Part shown: piece by piece, positions 41,201 through 51,404 of the stretch
How positions within the stretch are numbered: the first letter of the stretch is position 1
Layout: every line of letters starts with the position of its first letter
DNA from: Nemertoderma westbladi
Taxonomy: Eukaryota > Animalia > Xenacoelomorpha
Assembly (NCBI GenBank): GCA_032718475.1
Contig: JAUCBJ010009066.1
Span: forward strand, 17,389 to 81,388
Direction: 5' to 3'
DNA: 64,000 nt
The notes under the pieces: generated by a model
Told to the model about the DNA's origin: nothing
Database searches by the model: none
Seen by the model: only the letters and a program-made list of their open reading frames with translations
Position numbers and translations under genes: made by a program

Positions 41201-44200
41201 CCCCCAGGTATGTTTGTCACGCACCAGTAAACCCCAGGTATGATTGTCACGCACCAGTAACCCCCAGGTATGATTGTCACGCACCTGTCACATTGATACT
41301 GGTTGTTCCCATAGAGTCGCGTAGATATAGCGAACATCCTCAGCAGTTCGATTATATTTACCGGATGGTCCGACTTGGGTAAATCCAAACTGAGTTGGGT
41401 GAACACTTCGTAAGTGTTCGACTTATAATGGCACTCACCACAGACAACCTGGGAGCGCATAGTACCCGCAAATATATCCCGCAAAGCTGATCTAAAAAAT
41501 TTAAAAAAGCCGAAACATATTATTAATAATAAGAATAATAAGGTGTTGTTACCGACCCGGGGCTTCTCGCAATGTTATTATTTTGCTGTAATCACCTAGC
41601 AACGGCGTTGTTCATTAAATTGATTATCGATGATTTTCGATTAAAACAAATATATAAGAACATGTTAAATTAACAATGTATTATTCTAATTGGGGGAGTG
41701 GATGGGGACTTTCGATCGATTATTTTCGTAACTATTTTCGATCGATTAACGATTTTCGATCACCTTTGGACAACCAAGTAAATTAGTTGGGTATCACATC
41801 ACGGTTTTTAAAGTATGTCGTTAATTAAACTCAATATAGAAAATAATGTGTATGTACCGGTAGATACAGGGAATTATTTTGTTCTTTTTTTTTTTTAGAA
41901 TATTGGCCTTTAAAGCCAATAATTATCCTAACGTGGTTCCCATTCCTTGCCAGACCCCCCCCCCCCCCCCCCCTTCCTACTCGACGCCTCTACCTGATTT
42001 TCCCCCTCTCCACCTGATCCCCCCTACCTGGTTTTCCCATTCGCGTGTACTATAAGCGATTTGGACAGAGCGTCCAGCATGTAGACCAAATACTCGTGGG
42101 CGTCCTCCTCACCACCGACGTGCATGTTGCGACACAAGGAGGACAATGACGCCACTAGCGGCTTGGGGAGGAATGCGGATTGGTTGGAATGGAGTTGTTC
42201 GCAGACCCGTGTCATATTGCAAGCGTGGCAGGGTTGGCGGTTGCCTAGGATACAGGCCATACTGAGCATTAAATTAATTTCCAAACAATTATATAATATG
42301 TAATAATACCTATATACTATTTTATTCATTCTAAACATGTGGTATATAAATTATACAATACATAAATAGGGCCTACTATATAATCATTAAATATATAAAA
42401 TATCGTTTTTGCCATTCAATTATTACTTTAAATTACCGGTATTCATTAATTAAGAAATTATATATTATTAGGCCTAGTTCCCCATTAAACTAATAATAAA
42501 AGTTCTGAAGTTATCATAAACATATATAAATAAAGAGGCCCCAACTCTGCAACTATGAGGATGAGGAATTACATCCGTAATATGTTTATCTGTTTGTATA
42601 ATATAAATATATATACTAAGTATAGTAAAAATATTATACTATAGTAAAATAATAATATGTTAATCATACCTATTATTACAGCAGTACATGACACAGGTAG
42701 GTAGGCGATAGTTGCAGAGCAGTAGGGAACATACCCTTAAATAAGCTCCAAAAGTGGGTTCTTATTTAAGGAAAATGGCTCTTATTTAGGGGTTTTTGGG
42801 CCTTTTTTGGATATTTTTTCGATATAATATGCAATAACTTGTTTCAGGAAAAAATACCGCATAATTTTATTTCACAATGTAAAAGTTGGGTCTTTCTTGA
42901 ACATAAAGCAAAAAACCAGAAAACATTTCACCGTCCGGTTTTTTTTCTACAAGCGTTTTAAAATTGCATCAAAAATACGACCAGTTCCTAAATAAGAGGG
43001 ATTTTTTAAATTTACCTTATTTAAGACATCGAAATTGTACACAAATACTAATAGTCCTTAAATAAGAACTTTTTGACATGGGTTTCTTATTTAGGTATAC
43101 AATTTCATTCCAAAATCTGCATACTCCTTAAATAAATTAAATATTTCTCATTTCTCACAGAGAGTAGAAGCAGTTCCGCGACAATAATAATATTGCTCCT
43201 CAAAAGTACTTTGTGTACAGTATGTGTTACACTTCTTTCATAATTCTTTGATTTACAGATTTATGTCAGTCTGTATAATGCTAATTGTTGGGTTAAGGAT
43301 AAGGACAATGGTTGCACTGCACTCTATAAATCCTCTATAGAATATCGTATCATTATGAAGTTGCTAGCACTGGCATTCTTACCTCACACGGTAGCATAGA
43401 ATAGCCCATTGATATTCAAAAGAATAGCCCATCGCCCATCTGAGCGCACATACATTGTCACGTATTTCGATGAAACATGACTCAAGTAACTGGACATCGC
43501 CGCACAGTTTCGAAAAACTAACTTGTGTCCTGCATTTCCTCTTCTGCTCCGCGTTACGCCCCACTTAGATGGATTGTCCAAAATGTTGTACTTGAAAGGT
43601 GTGAAAAAAGTGAAAAACCAATGTCAATGTCATGTCAATAGGCACAAAGATGGTTCGTTTGGGCAGCTGATAGACGTTATGAAGGTTAAAGATGATGACT
43701 GGATGACGTTTTGGCTCAACTAGCTCAGGCAGGAGTGGGACACGTTCGTGGGACCTTTGCGCAGCATGAAGTGAGCAAAGCCTTAGCTAGCCCTAGCTGA
43801 TAGGGGCCCCACCCCATTTACATGTTGTCTTTCGTTAGTCAGAGGTCGTTCAACACAATACTCGTCTCCTTAATTTGCCTCATTGCGTTCGTTTGTTTTT
43901 TTACCAAACTTCAGATTATTTCTAATCTTTTGACAGACTACATACTGACATACATACAAAGTTTCGTTTAATTTCATCAAGGAATGACCGTGTTATTACC
44001 GATAAAAAATTTACAACGACGACAGACAACTCGTTAATAGCACCCATATGCTAAGGCTTCGCTCACTTGAACGTGGCTCTCCCCCACATTCAATCCGGTT
44101 CGACGCAGTTTGTTGCTCATTGCTGCTCGTTGTGCTTTATTATTTCTCATTGTTGCTCGTTGTTGGTCATTGTTGCTTGTTGGTGCTCATTGTTGCTCGT

Positions 44201-47113
44201 TAGTTGTACCTTATTATTGCTCGTTGTTGCTCGTTGTACTCTATTATTGCTCGTTGTTGCTCATTATTGCTCATTGTTACTCATTGTTGCTCGTTGTTGT
44301 ACTTTATTATTGCTCGTTCAATCGTTGTTCCTCATTGTTGCTCGTTGTTGTACTTTATTATTGCTCATTGTTGGTCATTGTTGCTTGTTGGTGCTCATTG
44401 TTGCTCGTTAGTTGTACTTTATTATTGCTCGTTGTTGCTCATTGTACTCTATTATTGCTCGTTGTTGCTCATTATTGCTCATTGTTACTCATTGTTGCTC
44501 GTTGTTGTTCTTTATTATTGCTCATTGTTGCTCAGTGTTTCTCATTGTTGCTCGTTGTTGCTCAATGTTACTCGTCGTTACTCATTGTCATTGTTGCTCA
44601 TTGTTACTCGTTGTTCCTCATGTCCTAATTATGGGTCGTTGTTTCTCGATATTGTAATTTATTATTGCTCATTGTTGCTCGTTGTTTCTCAATGTTGCTC
44701 GTTGTTGTACTTTATTATTGCTCGTTCAGTCATTGTTCCTCATAGTTGCTCGCTGTTTCTCATTGTTGTACTTTATTATTACTCATTGTTGCTCGGTGTT
44801 TCTCAATGTTACTCGTTGTTGCTCATTGTTGCTCGTTGTTGCTCATTATTACTTATTGTTACTCGTTGTTGCTCATTGTTGCTCGTTGTTGTACTTTATT
44901 ATTGCTCATTTAGTCGTTGTTCCTCATTGTTGCTCGCTGTTTCTCGTTGTTGCTCATTGTTGTACTTTATTATTACTCATTGTTGCTCGGTGTTTCTCAA
45001 TGTTACTCGTTGTTGCTCATTGTTGCTCGTTGTTACTCATTATTACTCATTGTTACTCGTTGTTGCTCATTGTTGCTCGTTGTTGTACTTTATTATTGCT
45101 CATTCAGTCGTTGTTCCTCATTGTCAGATTGTTGCTCGCTGTTTCTCGTTGTTGCTCATTGTTGTACTTTATTATTACTCATTGTTGCTCGGTGTTTCTC
45201 AATGTTACTCGTTGTTGCTCATTGTTGCTCGTTCAGTCGTTGTTCCTCATTATTGCTCATTGTTGTTCGTTGTTTCTCGCTGTTGCCCATTGTTGCTCGT
45301 TGTTGTACTTTATTATTGCTCATTTTTGCTCGTTGTTGCTCATTGTTTCTCATTGTTGCTCAATGTTACTCGTAGTAGGCCTAGTCGTAGTTGCTCATTG
45401 TTACTCGTTGTTGCTCATTGTTGCTCGTTCAGTCGTCGTTCCTCATTATTGCTCGTTGTTGTTCTTTATTATTGCTCAATGTTACTCGTTGTTGCTAATT
45501 GTTGCTCGTTGTTGCTCATTGTTTTGTTACTCATTGTTCATTTGTTGCTCGTTGTTGCTTATTGTTGGTCATTGTTGCTCGTTGTGCATTTTTGCACCTA
45601 TCCAATTAAGCTCAGAAGCTCCCTTATCTCTGCATCTTGCAATGTCCTGTCAAGGTTAGGCAGGTAGGAGGTCATAACTGTCATAAGCAGATAAGGGCAG
45701 AAGGAGGACGGGGCTGGGAGACGAGGCTATAAGAGACATTATACAGTTATATAAGGATATTTAATTTAATTTATTTAATTTAATATATGAGAAATGAGGG
45801 CAGTATTGGTTGACAGGAGATACGCAATGCGTATCCCATTGCGCCTCATAATAGCCTCTCGTCAACAAGTCAACCCCATCGACTAGCGGCACTGGCTATT
45901 TCAGCTGACGGGGCTCTGTCGAAAAACGCGTCCCTGATGCAGTAAGGGCCCTCTTTTGAGGAGCAATATTATTATTGTCGCGGAACTGCTTCTACTCTCT
46001 GTGAGAAATGAGAAATATTTAATTTATTTAAGGAGTATGCAGATTTCGGAATGAAATTGTATACCTAAATAAGAAACCCATGTCAAAAAGTTCTTATTTA
46101 AGGACTTTTAGTATTTGTGTACAATTTCGATGTCTTAAATAAGGTAAATTTAAAAAATCCCTCTTATTTAGGAACTGGTCGTATTTTTGATGCAATTTTA
46201 AAACGCTTGTAGAAAAAAAACCGGACGGTGAAATGTTTTCTGTTTTTTTGCATTATGTTCAAGAAAGAACCAACTTTTATATTGTGAAATAAAATTATGC
46301 GGTATTTTTTACTGAAACAAGTTCTTGCATATTATGTCGAAAAAATATCCAAAAAAGGCCCAAAAACCCCTAAATAAGAGCCATTTTCCTTAAATAAGAA
46401 CCCACTTTTGGAGCTTATTTAAGGGTATGTTCCCTACTGCAGAGTGTGGAGTGGAGAAGCGGGGAAGATCTGCCGAGCTTGCTACTGCGCATGTCTGCCT
46501 GCCTGCATGTCAGCTTGTAGGTAGTGCAGGTATTTGTATTATATAGCAGTATAGGCCTAACAAGCTAAGCAAGTATAATTATTCACTCACATGTTTTTCT
46601 GTGATCAATCAAACTGCACATGAGTTGGGGAATGGAAGATAAACACTGCACAGCGGAATTTAGGAAACAAGTATTTCCTGAGTTATAGAGGCCGCAATGA
46701 CCTTTTAGTGGAAAGTTGATGTAACGGGAGGGAAGTACAACTGGGACGTAACTGGGTTCGTCGCTAGACGCTTGTTTCGATAACGCGTTGCTCCCTGTAG
46801 CAGTGTGGTTCTCTTTCTCTTTGGGATGAGATCCCGCGGCGGAGATGGATTTGTTAAACCCATCATCGTCGTGGTTGCCCCGGTAACTTTTAGCTTTAGC
46901 GCTTCCGTTTGTTACATTGACGTCGTTTCTAAAAACCGCGTATCGCGAATTAATAAACGAGGGAGTTGGTTTATTACCAAATTGCAGTTGTTTAGATCGG
47001 AACTGGCCTTGAAGGGGTTTCAAGTCGCCGATGCATATTCGCTTCCCTGGAGTTTCGTTATAATCTCCTCCTTTTCGCTTTCCATCGTTAAATCGAATAT
47101 TTGGGGTTGTCAT
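1624..47113 (-). CDS. Spliced ubiquitin carboxyl-terminal hydrolase (peptidase C19), USP36/USP42-like; 7 coding exons, 663 aa
   Basis: Exon lengths 523+217+207+178+123+133+611=1992 nt join in frame across GT-AG introns (phases 1,2,2,0,0,1). Motifs appear in the expected order: Cys box GLYNSGNTCFLNSAVQCL, EEDAHEYL, IFAG..RSQVVCGEC, YQCDRC, PPNVLILHLKRF, His box HHGSSPHSGHY, WFKYDD, AYVLFY. Subfamily assigned from motif resemblance only. Confidence 0.9.
2455..2745. mobile_element. Two oppositely oriented copies of a tRNA-derived SINE-like repeat in intron 6
   Basis: B-box-like GTTCGATCC in both orientations; arms 2513-2576 and 2655-2718 are reverse complements; the same family recurs at 59797-60098. 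Confidence 0.6.
2781..2827. mobile_element. 47-bp hAT-type mini element
   Basis: 14-bp perfect TIR TAGGGATGCGACAG; internal GGAGCC repeats; 8-bp TSD GTTGATAC/GTTGACAC (1 mismatch). Confidence 0.7.
2865..2997 (-). CDS. USP coding exon 6 (AYVLFY, end of catalytic domain)
   Basis: CCCTTTAG|GCT acceptor; ATGISRLEALKQHQGAYVLFYLR; ends AAC G|GTGAGT (phase 1). Confidence 0.88.
3105..12950. repeat. 17-19-bp tandem array (GAGCCAAATCAGTAAGATA), ~9.8 kb, ~520 units, fills intron 5
   Basis: Constant core TAGAGCCAAATCAGT with short variable linkers (AAGA, TTG, AAG, ATG); degenerate at both edges. Confidence 0.97.
12971..13093 (-). CDS. USP coding exon 5 (His box)
   Basis: TTTGCAG|CGC acceptor; RHNYTLVGAILHHGSSPHSGHY...WFKYDDAM; ATG|GTGAGT donor; 123 nt, phase 0-0. 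Confidence 0.92.
13457..13835. mobile_element. PIF/Harbinger-type MITE
   Basis: TIRs GGCCTGTTTACA...TGTAAACAGGCC with extended imperfect inverted arms rich in GCAACTT/AAGTTGC; TAA on both flanks (13454-13456, 13836-13838). Confidence 0.75.
13978..14780 (-). mobile_element. 5' fragment of an RTE-type LINE (5' UTR plus decayed start of the endonuclease)
   Basis: Minus strand reads LLKCKKTL...DVVALAMEYNI...ICI*EHR, resembling the IDIICIQEHR motif at the start of RTE apurinic-type endonucleases; more GC-rich than the flanks. The upstream boundary is approximate. Confidence 0.55.
14990..37212 (-). repeat. 42-bp tandem array made of the exon-4 end plus donor (ATATCGGTCCATTTACAACAGTTAATACCCAG|GTGAGTAAAG), >=22 kb, ~525 units
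   Basis: Unit matches the last 32 nt of exon 4 plus the first 10 nt of intron 4 with few mismatches; 38-, 46- and 47-bp variants occur; spans the N gap. Confidence 0.97.
28958..29057. other. Assembly gap (100 N) inside the 42-bp array
   Basis: Run of 100 N; true array length unknown. Confidence 0.99.
37181..37358 (-). CDS. USP coding exon 4
   Basis: TACGCAG|A TGT completes the CDRC motif; PPNVLILHLKRF...NIGPFSTVNTL; first available donor is CTG|GTGAGT (phase 0). The 3' end is uncertain because donor copies follow. Confidence 0.85.
37509..41290 (-). repeat. 30-bp tandem array carrying the exon-3 donor (CAG|GTGCGTGACAAACATACCTGGGGGTAA), ~126 units, fills intron 3
   Basis: Exact 30-bp periodicity; starts at the exon-3 junction GACAG|GTGCGTGACAATCATACC. 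Confidence 0.97.
41285..41491 (-). CDS. USP coding exon 3
   Basis: TTTTTTAG|A acceptor; SALRDIFAGTMRSQVVCGEC...LSLDL...YQCD; ends GAC AG|GTGCGT (phase 2). Confidence 0.88.
42028..42244 (-). CDS. USP coding exon 2
   Basis: TCCTAG|GC acceptor completes TGC (KTC-NRQPCHAC); contains EEDAHEYL; ends ACC AG|GTAGGG (phase 2). Confidence 0.88.
43741..44088 (-). mobile_element. DINE-1/Helentron-like non-autonomous element nested in the long-TIR transposon
   Basis: Both ends match the 55415-55894 element in reverse orientation; internal inverted repeat AAGTGAGCRAAGCCTTAGC. Confidence 0.55.
44105..45590. repeat. Degenerate ~10-bp low-complexity repeat (TTGTTGCTCR)n
   Basis: Directly visible; produces spurious Leu/Cys/Val-rich ORFs. 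Confidence 0.92.
46591..47113 (-). CDS. USP coding exon 1 (N-terminal region plus Cys box)
   Basis: ATG at 47113; contains GLYNSGNTCFLNSAVQCL; ends ACA T|GTGAGT (phase 1). The start codon is not independently confirmed. Confidence 0.88.
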
Positions 47114-47765
47114 TATGACGCCAGTAATACTGTAATGCAGTAACTGAGTAATGCCGTAAGCCTAGGCAGCTAGGCCTAACTACAGAACTATGAACTATCG
47201 TCAGACAGTCAGAATGTCAGATCTCGATCTCATGCAGTCCAACAGTGACAGTCCACAGTGCTGCAGTGATCAGGCAGTCAGGTGATGCTCTCAGATGCTC
47301 TCATGCCAGCATGCACTCTCCTGCTCTCAAGCTCAGCCAGTCCAGCAGTCAGCAGACAGAAGCTCAGGCTGTCATGTAAAGCAGTACAGCTGCAAGTACC
47401 GGACCGGTAAAGATCAAGGTAAGGCGTGATCTGAACTGAAGCCGTACACCGTCTGACCGTAGGTTAGCACAGCAGTACACAGCAGCACAGTAAGCTGGTG
47501 TGGTAAGGTACGGTAAGTCATAAGTGGTATGGTAAGTGCCTGCAACCGTGAAACGCGCTGTCACTTCTGCACTTTATCGTTCCCCTTTCAGCCTTTGCTC
47601 GCAGCTGACAGTGTAACAGAATTCATTGCATACCGTAGACTCGTAGAGCCGTAGGCTAGTAGCGGTAGGCCCTATAGATTTGTAGATTACGGTACGGTCT
47701 GACGGTACCGGTGGGGTTTGACTATTCCGCGCAGGCAGCGTAAGTGTAGTGTAATAAGCTTGTGT

Positions 47766-48380
47766 TCCTGTATGGAATCCATCCAAAAAGTGCGCCGGAT
47801 AGCGCGCCGACCAATTTTTATGCGCGCCGCGCGCCGATGCCATTACGAAGAAAAACCCCGCGCCAACTAAATTTTTAAGCACGCCGATGCAATTTCGAAG
47901 AAACCCCGCGCCAACTAAATTTTTAAGCGCGCCACACATTGAAACAATTTTGAAGAGCGCCACGCCAATGCAAATTCAATTTTGAGGGAGTGTAACCAAT
48001 CTGTCAATGTCAGTCAGTACTGCTGCACCAGTCCCTGCTGTCCTATATCTGTATCTGTGTATACAACAGTAGCCTAACCACTGAACCATACAACAGAAAA
48101 AGAAAGGCGAGCGAAGCGAGCCGAAATTTTTAAACAGCTAAATGCTATTTTTAAGGCACTTATCCATAATTGTTAAACCTGTAAACTAACAAATCGGTGC
48201 CGGCTTTTATTTTTGGGAGAGCCAAAGCTGAAAGCCGGCGCGCTTTACGATTTTCAAGCGCGCCACACGCCAAAGTCGGCGCGCTTTACGATTTTCGAGC
48301 GCGCCACGCGCCACATTGGCGCACTTTTATTGCAAAGTGCGCCGGATTAATCCGGCGCAAAGTGGATGGATTCCAGTCTG
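47766..48380. mobile_element. hAT-like MITE upstream of the USP start codon
   Basis: Inverted termini TGGAATCCATCCA..GTGCGCCGGAT / ATCCGGCGCA..TGGATGGATTCCAGTCTG; many GCGCC subterminal repeats; flanking direct repeat GCTTGTGT(T). The left end is degenerate. Confidence 0.65.
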
Positions 48381-48574
48381 GCTTGTGTTGTGGTATCTCA
48401 TCCTGCTCTTATCTGCCTGCATCAACCCGATCATATAAATAACGTAGTTTGTTGCTTATACTTGGTGTATCATATATTGACAATACATATAAAATATAAT
48501 AACAAAATATATTCACATCAGTACATCACCAGTTGATCACCGTAATAATATCATCATACAGTATATAGTTTAGG

Positions 48575-50455
48575 TATGGAATTGGAATTTTTTATTTGAC
48601 GTTAAATCAGTTAAAACGGGCACTAAGGATATAATTAAAATATAACATATAAAGTAGGAAAAGGTAACGGCAACAAACAAATGTAGTACAGTATGGTGTT
48701 CAACATGTCCTAGAAAATGTGTTTTATCGGAAAACCGTACAAAATAGAAAAAACATAGATAAATAAAATGACCTTCAATAGATTGGAAACACTATTTACA
48801 ATATTTACAACATAATTATGGTAAAATTTAGGACTAACAAACATAGTGGATACGAGTTAAAAGGTATAAATGCAACAACCACAAAATTATTGTAATTATG
48901 ATAAGTCATTTAGGACAAACGGAAACAGTGGATAAGAGGTGTAAGGTATAGATAAAAGCAACAACAACAACACAATAATTATAAAAACGTTCGGCATCAA
49001 TAAAATGTATCTATTAGTAACCAAAAGGTTTAGGTTGTCTTTTTAATACATTTTTAAAAACTGTATTTATTTACTGTTTATTGTCTTATTTTAAAATATT
49101 ATGTACTGTATATATTTCTATTGTCTTACTATAAAATATTATGTACTGTATTTATTTGTAATAAGTTTACCGCGTCTGTGAGTTAGGAATTATAAATACA
49201 CAATGCGTATAATATATATACTGAGAGTTAATTAGGTAGTGATTTGTCGTCGAGGATAAACCCATGAGACTATGTCTCGTTTTCATGAGGGTCCTCGCTA
49301 TATTAGGAGATATTAAAATCGGTAAAGGTTCTATGGATGTTGGTACAGTATGTTACATATGTACATATTGCAAAGGAGTTAAGTCAAGTTGCAGTAATTT
49401 AGAATGAACATGGGTGTGATAAAATAAATAAATTAGACAGATAAATATAAATTATTAAATTTAGTACAAAGTTTGAAAAGAGCGCGGCTTTTTAAATTAA
49501 AGTTAATTGAGTATTGCTAAAAAGTAAAATAAATTTGTTAAAATAGGTAGTTTGTGGAAAGGTAAAAACTTGTTAGAAATAAATTGATTGCTCGGATTCA
49601 ATAAGTTTTGAAAAACGGTGTTCTTTTACCCTATGTTTGATGGACTCCAGTGATGGGGATTTAGTGATTTCGTTTGGAAGCGTGTTCCAAAGTTTTGGAC
49701 CCTGGTGTGCAAATGATTCGCAGCCTGTGGCAGTCTTGTGGTAGGGTACCACAGCGTGTGACTCGTTACGTCGTAGACGTGATTGTGTTTGGGAGAACGT
49801 AATCAGGTCTCGTAGACCCTTTGGTGCGGTCCCAGTGTAAATTCGGTAAATGTAAGTGAGTGTTATTTGCTGCACGCGTTCTCGGAGTGGTAACCAGTTC
49901 ATTGCTGCAAAGTCGTCGATGCCGATGTGATGCCGTGGGGGCATTGAGTTACAGAAACGTATGCACTTTCTCTGGAGTGCGTTGACTCGTCTGCGGAGTT
50001 GGACTGTTTGTGCTAGAGTAGAGTACCAGCATGGGGCAGCGGAATCAAGGTGCGGCTGGATTAGAGAGTTACACAGAAGGCGTCGAATTGGTTTACTAAG
50101 CGCTTTTGAATTGCGGTGGAGAAAGCCGCGTATCGAGTTTCCTTTTTGGATCGCACGGCGCACTGCACTTTCGCCTGAAAATGTACAGTAGGGTCAAAGG
50201 GGCAGCCTAAATAGTTTATGGTCTTTACTGTGGGGAGTGTTTTATCGTTGTAAGTAACGTTAAAGTTGTCCACTTTGGATAGGTTTTGGTGTGAACCAAA
50301 TAGAATGACTTTGAATTTACCAGAGTGTATACTTACTTAGTCGGTTGTTGATGGCCCATGTTGAAACTTTGTGCAGTTTCATAGATAAACAGGCTGCGAT
50401 ATCTGATGCATTAGTGCCTGTTGCAAGGAGGTTGGTGTCGTCGGCATACTTGGGG
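48575..50455 (-). mobile_element. 5'-truncated, frameshifted L2/CR1-group LINE (RT C-terminal half plus 3' UTR)
   Basis: KYADDTNL RT motif, then INYLGC, LCNSLIQPHLD..CWY, LQRKCIRF, GPKLWNTLP across shifted frames. The 3' boundary is approximate. Confidence 0.8.
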
Positions 50456-51117
50456 GATGGGTCTGATTGGCAGGTAGATTGGTAATCGGTTGGGTATTGG
50501 GGAGTAGGTGTTGTTGTGTCAAGAACCAAAGGTACTGTATAGGTGGTTGGATCAGCTTCCCGTTTATCAAAGTTTTGGTGACTAACTATACTATACTTAG
50601 ACTATACTAAGGTATATTACAGTATTACCGTAGCAACAAATACTACAAGGCTACAGGCCTATGCCTAACCTAAAACAAAGTAAAGGCTATACGCTACCGG
50701 TACTGCTATATTCCTATCACATCCCCCTTGGAAATAAAGATCGACTCGATCTTCAAAATTATAAAAATTATTACAATATTAATATTCTACTATCTTAAAA
50801 AAAAAACATATCTCAATTCGTTACATTATAATCGTAATTAACTCACTCAAAATAAATTCACAAAATACGTTCAGTTTCTAATAATAGTACCAAATTATCT
50901 GTACAGTATATTTTAGGTGTACCAAATGCTTTAATCTATTACAACAGCAATACTCCTTCATCACAAAAAAATAGTTTTCCAAATACAAATTAAAAATATA
51001 TGCACAATAATTAAATTATTACTATTGTAATTGCAATCACAATATTCTTATACTCCCGTAACATTGTTTCAGTTTCGTACTAACTTCTTTCGTACCGTAC
51101 CGGTACAGAAAATATAA

Positions 51118-51290
51118 TTATTTTCTGTCACAATCACTACAAAACCATTTATCTTCCTTAGGTTCATCTACAAGACCAACACAATCAAAATGAAACCATT
51201 CAAGGCATCCGTTACAGGCGACAACGGAATTACCGGCACCAGGGCACGGATAAACAATGGTTTCGTCTACATTACGAGTATTTTGATGTG
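51118..51290 (-). pseudogene. Isolated PHD-finger coding fragment, probably TE-derived
   Basis: C..VVACNGCLEWFHFDCVGL...KWFCSDC fits most of the C4HC3 pattern, but the first Cys pair is incomplete; embedded among TE fragments. Confidence 0.6.
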
Positions 51291-51404
51291 AGTTTTTCTG
51301 ACTATCGTAATCCCGACCAAGCAACGGTTTCGGACTACGCCCGCCCAGAAAGTGTAACATTCGTAGATAAATGCGGTAGGTATGGACCGACTCTCAAACG
51401 AACG

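Larger units (their letters stand above)
42720..46439. mobile_element. Non-autonomous DNA transposon with 487-bp TIRs and 5-bp TSD, in intron 1
   Basis: 42720-43206 is the near-perfect reverse complement of 45953-46439 (CAGTAGGGAACATACCC...GGGTATGTTCCCTACTG); CAGAG on both flanks; no transposase ORF seen. Confidence 0.9.

Noticed and set aside
3105-41290. CRISPR-like look (constant core plus variable segment)
   Set aside because: Variable parts are only a few nt and recur many times; no unique spacers, no cas genes, spliceosomal context.
37421-41382. Very long ORFs (up to 1285 aa) resembling Cys-rich repeat proteins
   Set aside because: Translations of the 30-bp array open in several frames at once; they lie inside a well-supported intron.
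44067-45667. Hydrophobic Leu/Cys-rich ORFs resembling membrane proteins
   Set aside because: Products of the TTGTTGCTC low-complexity repeat.
47364-48442. Short ORFs upstream of USP
   Set aside because: No recognisable domain; two overlap the GC-rich MITE repeats.
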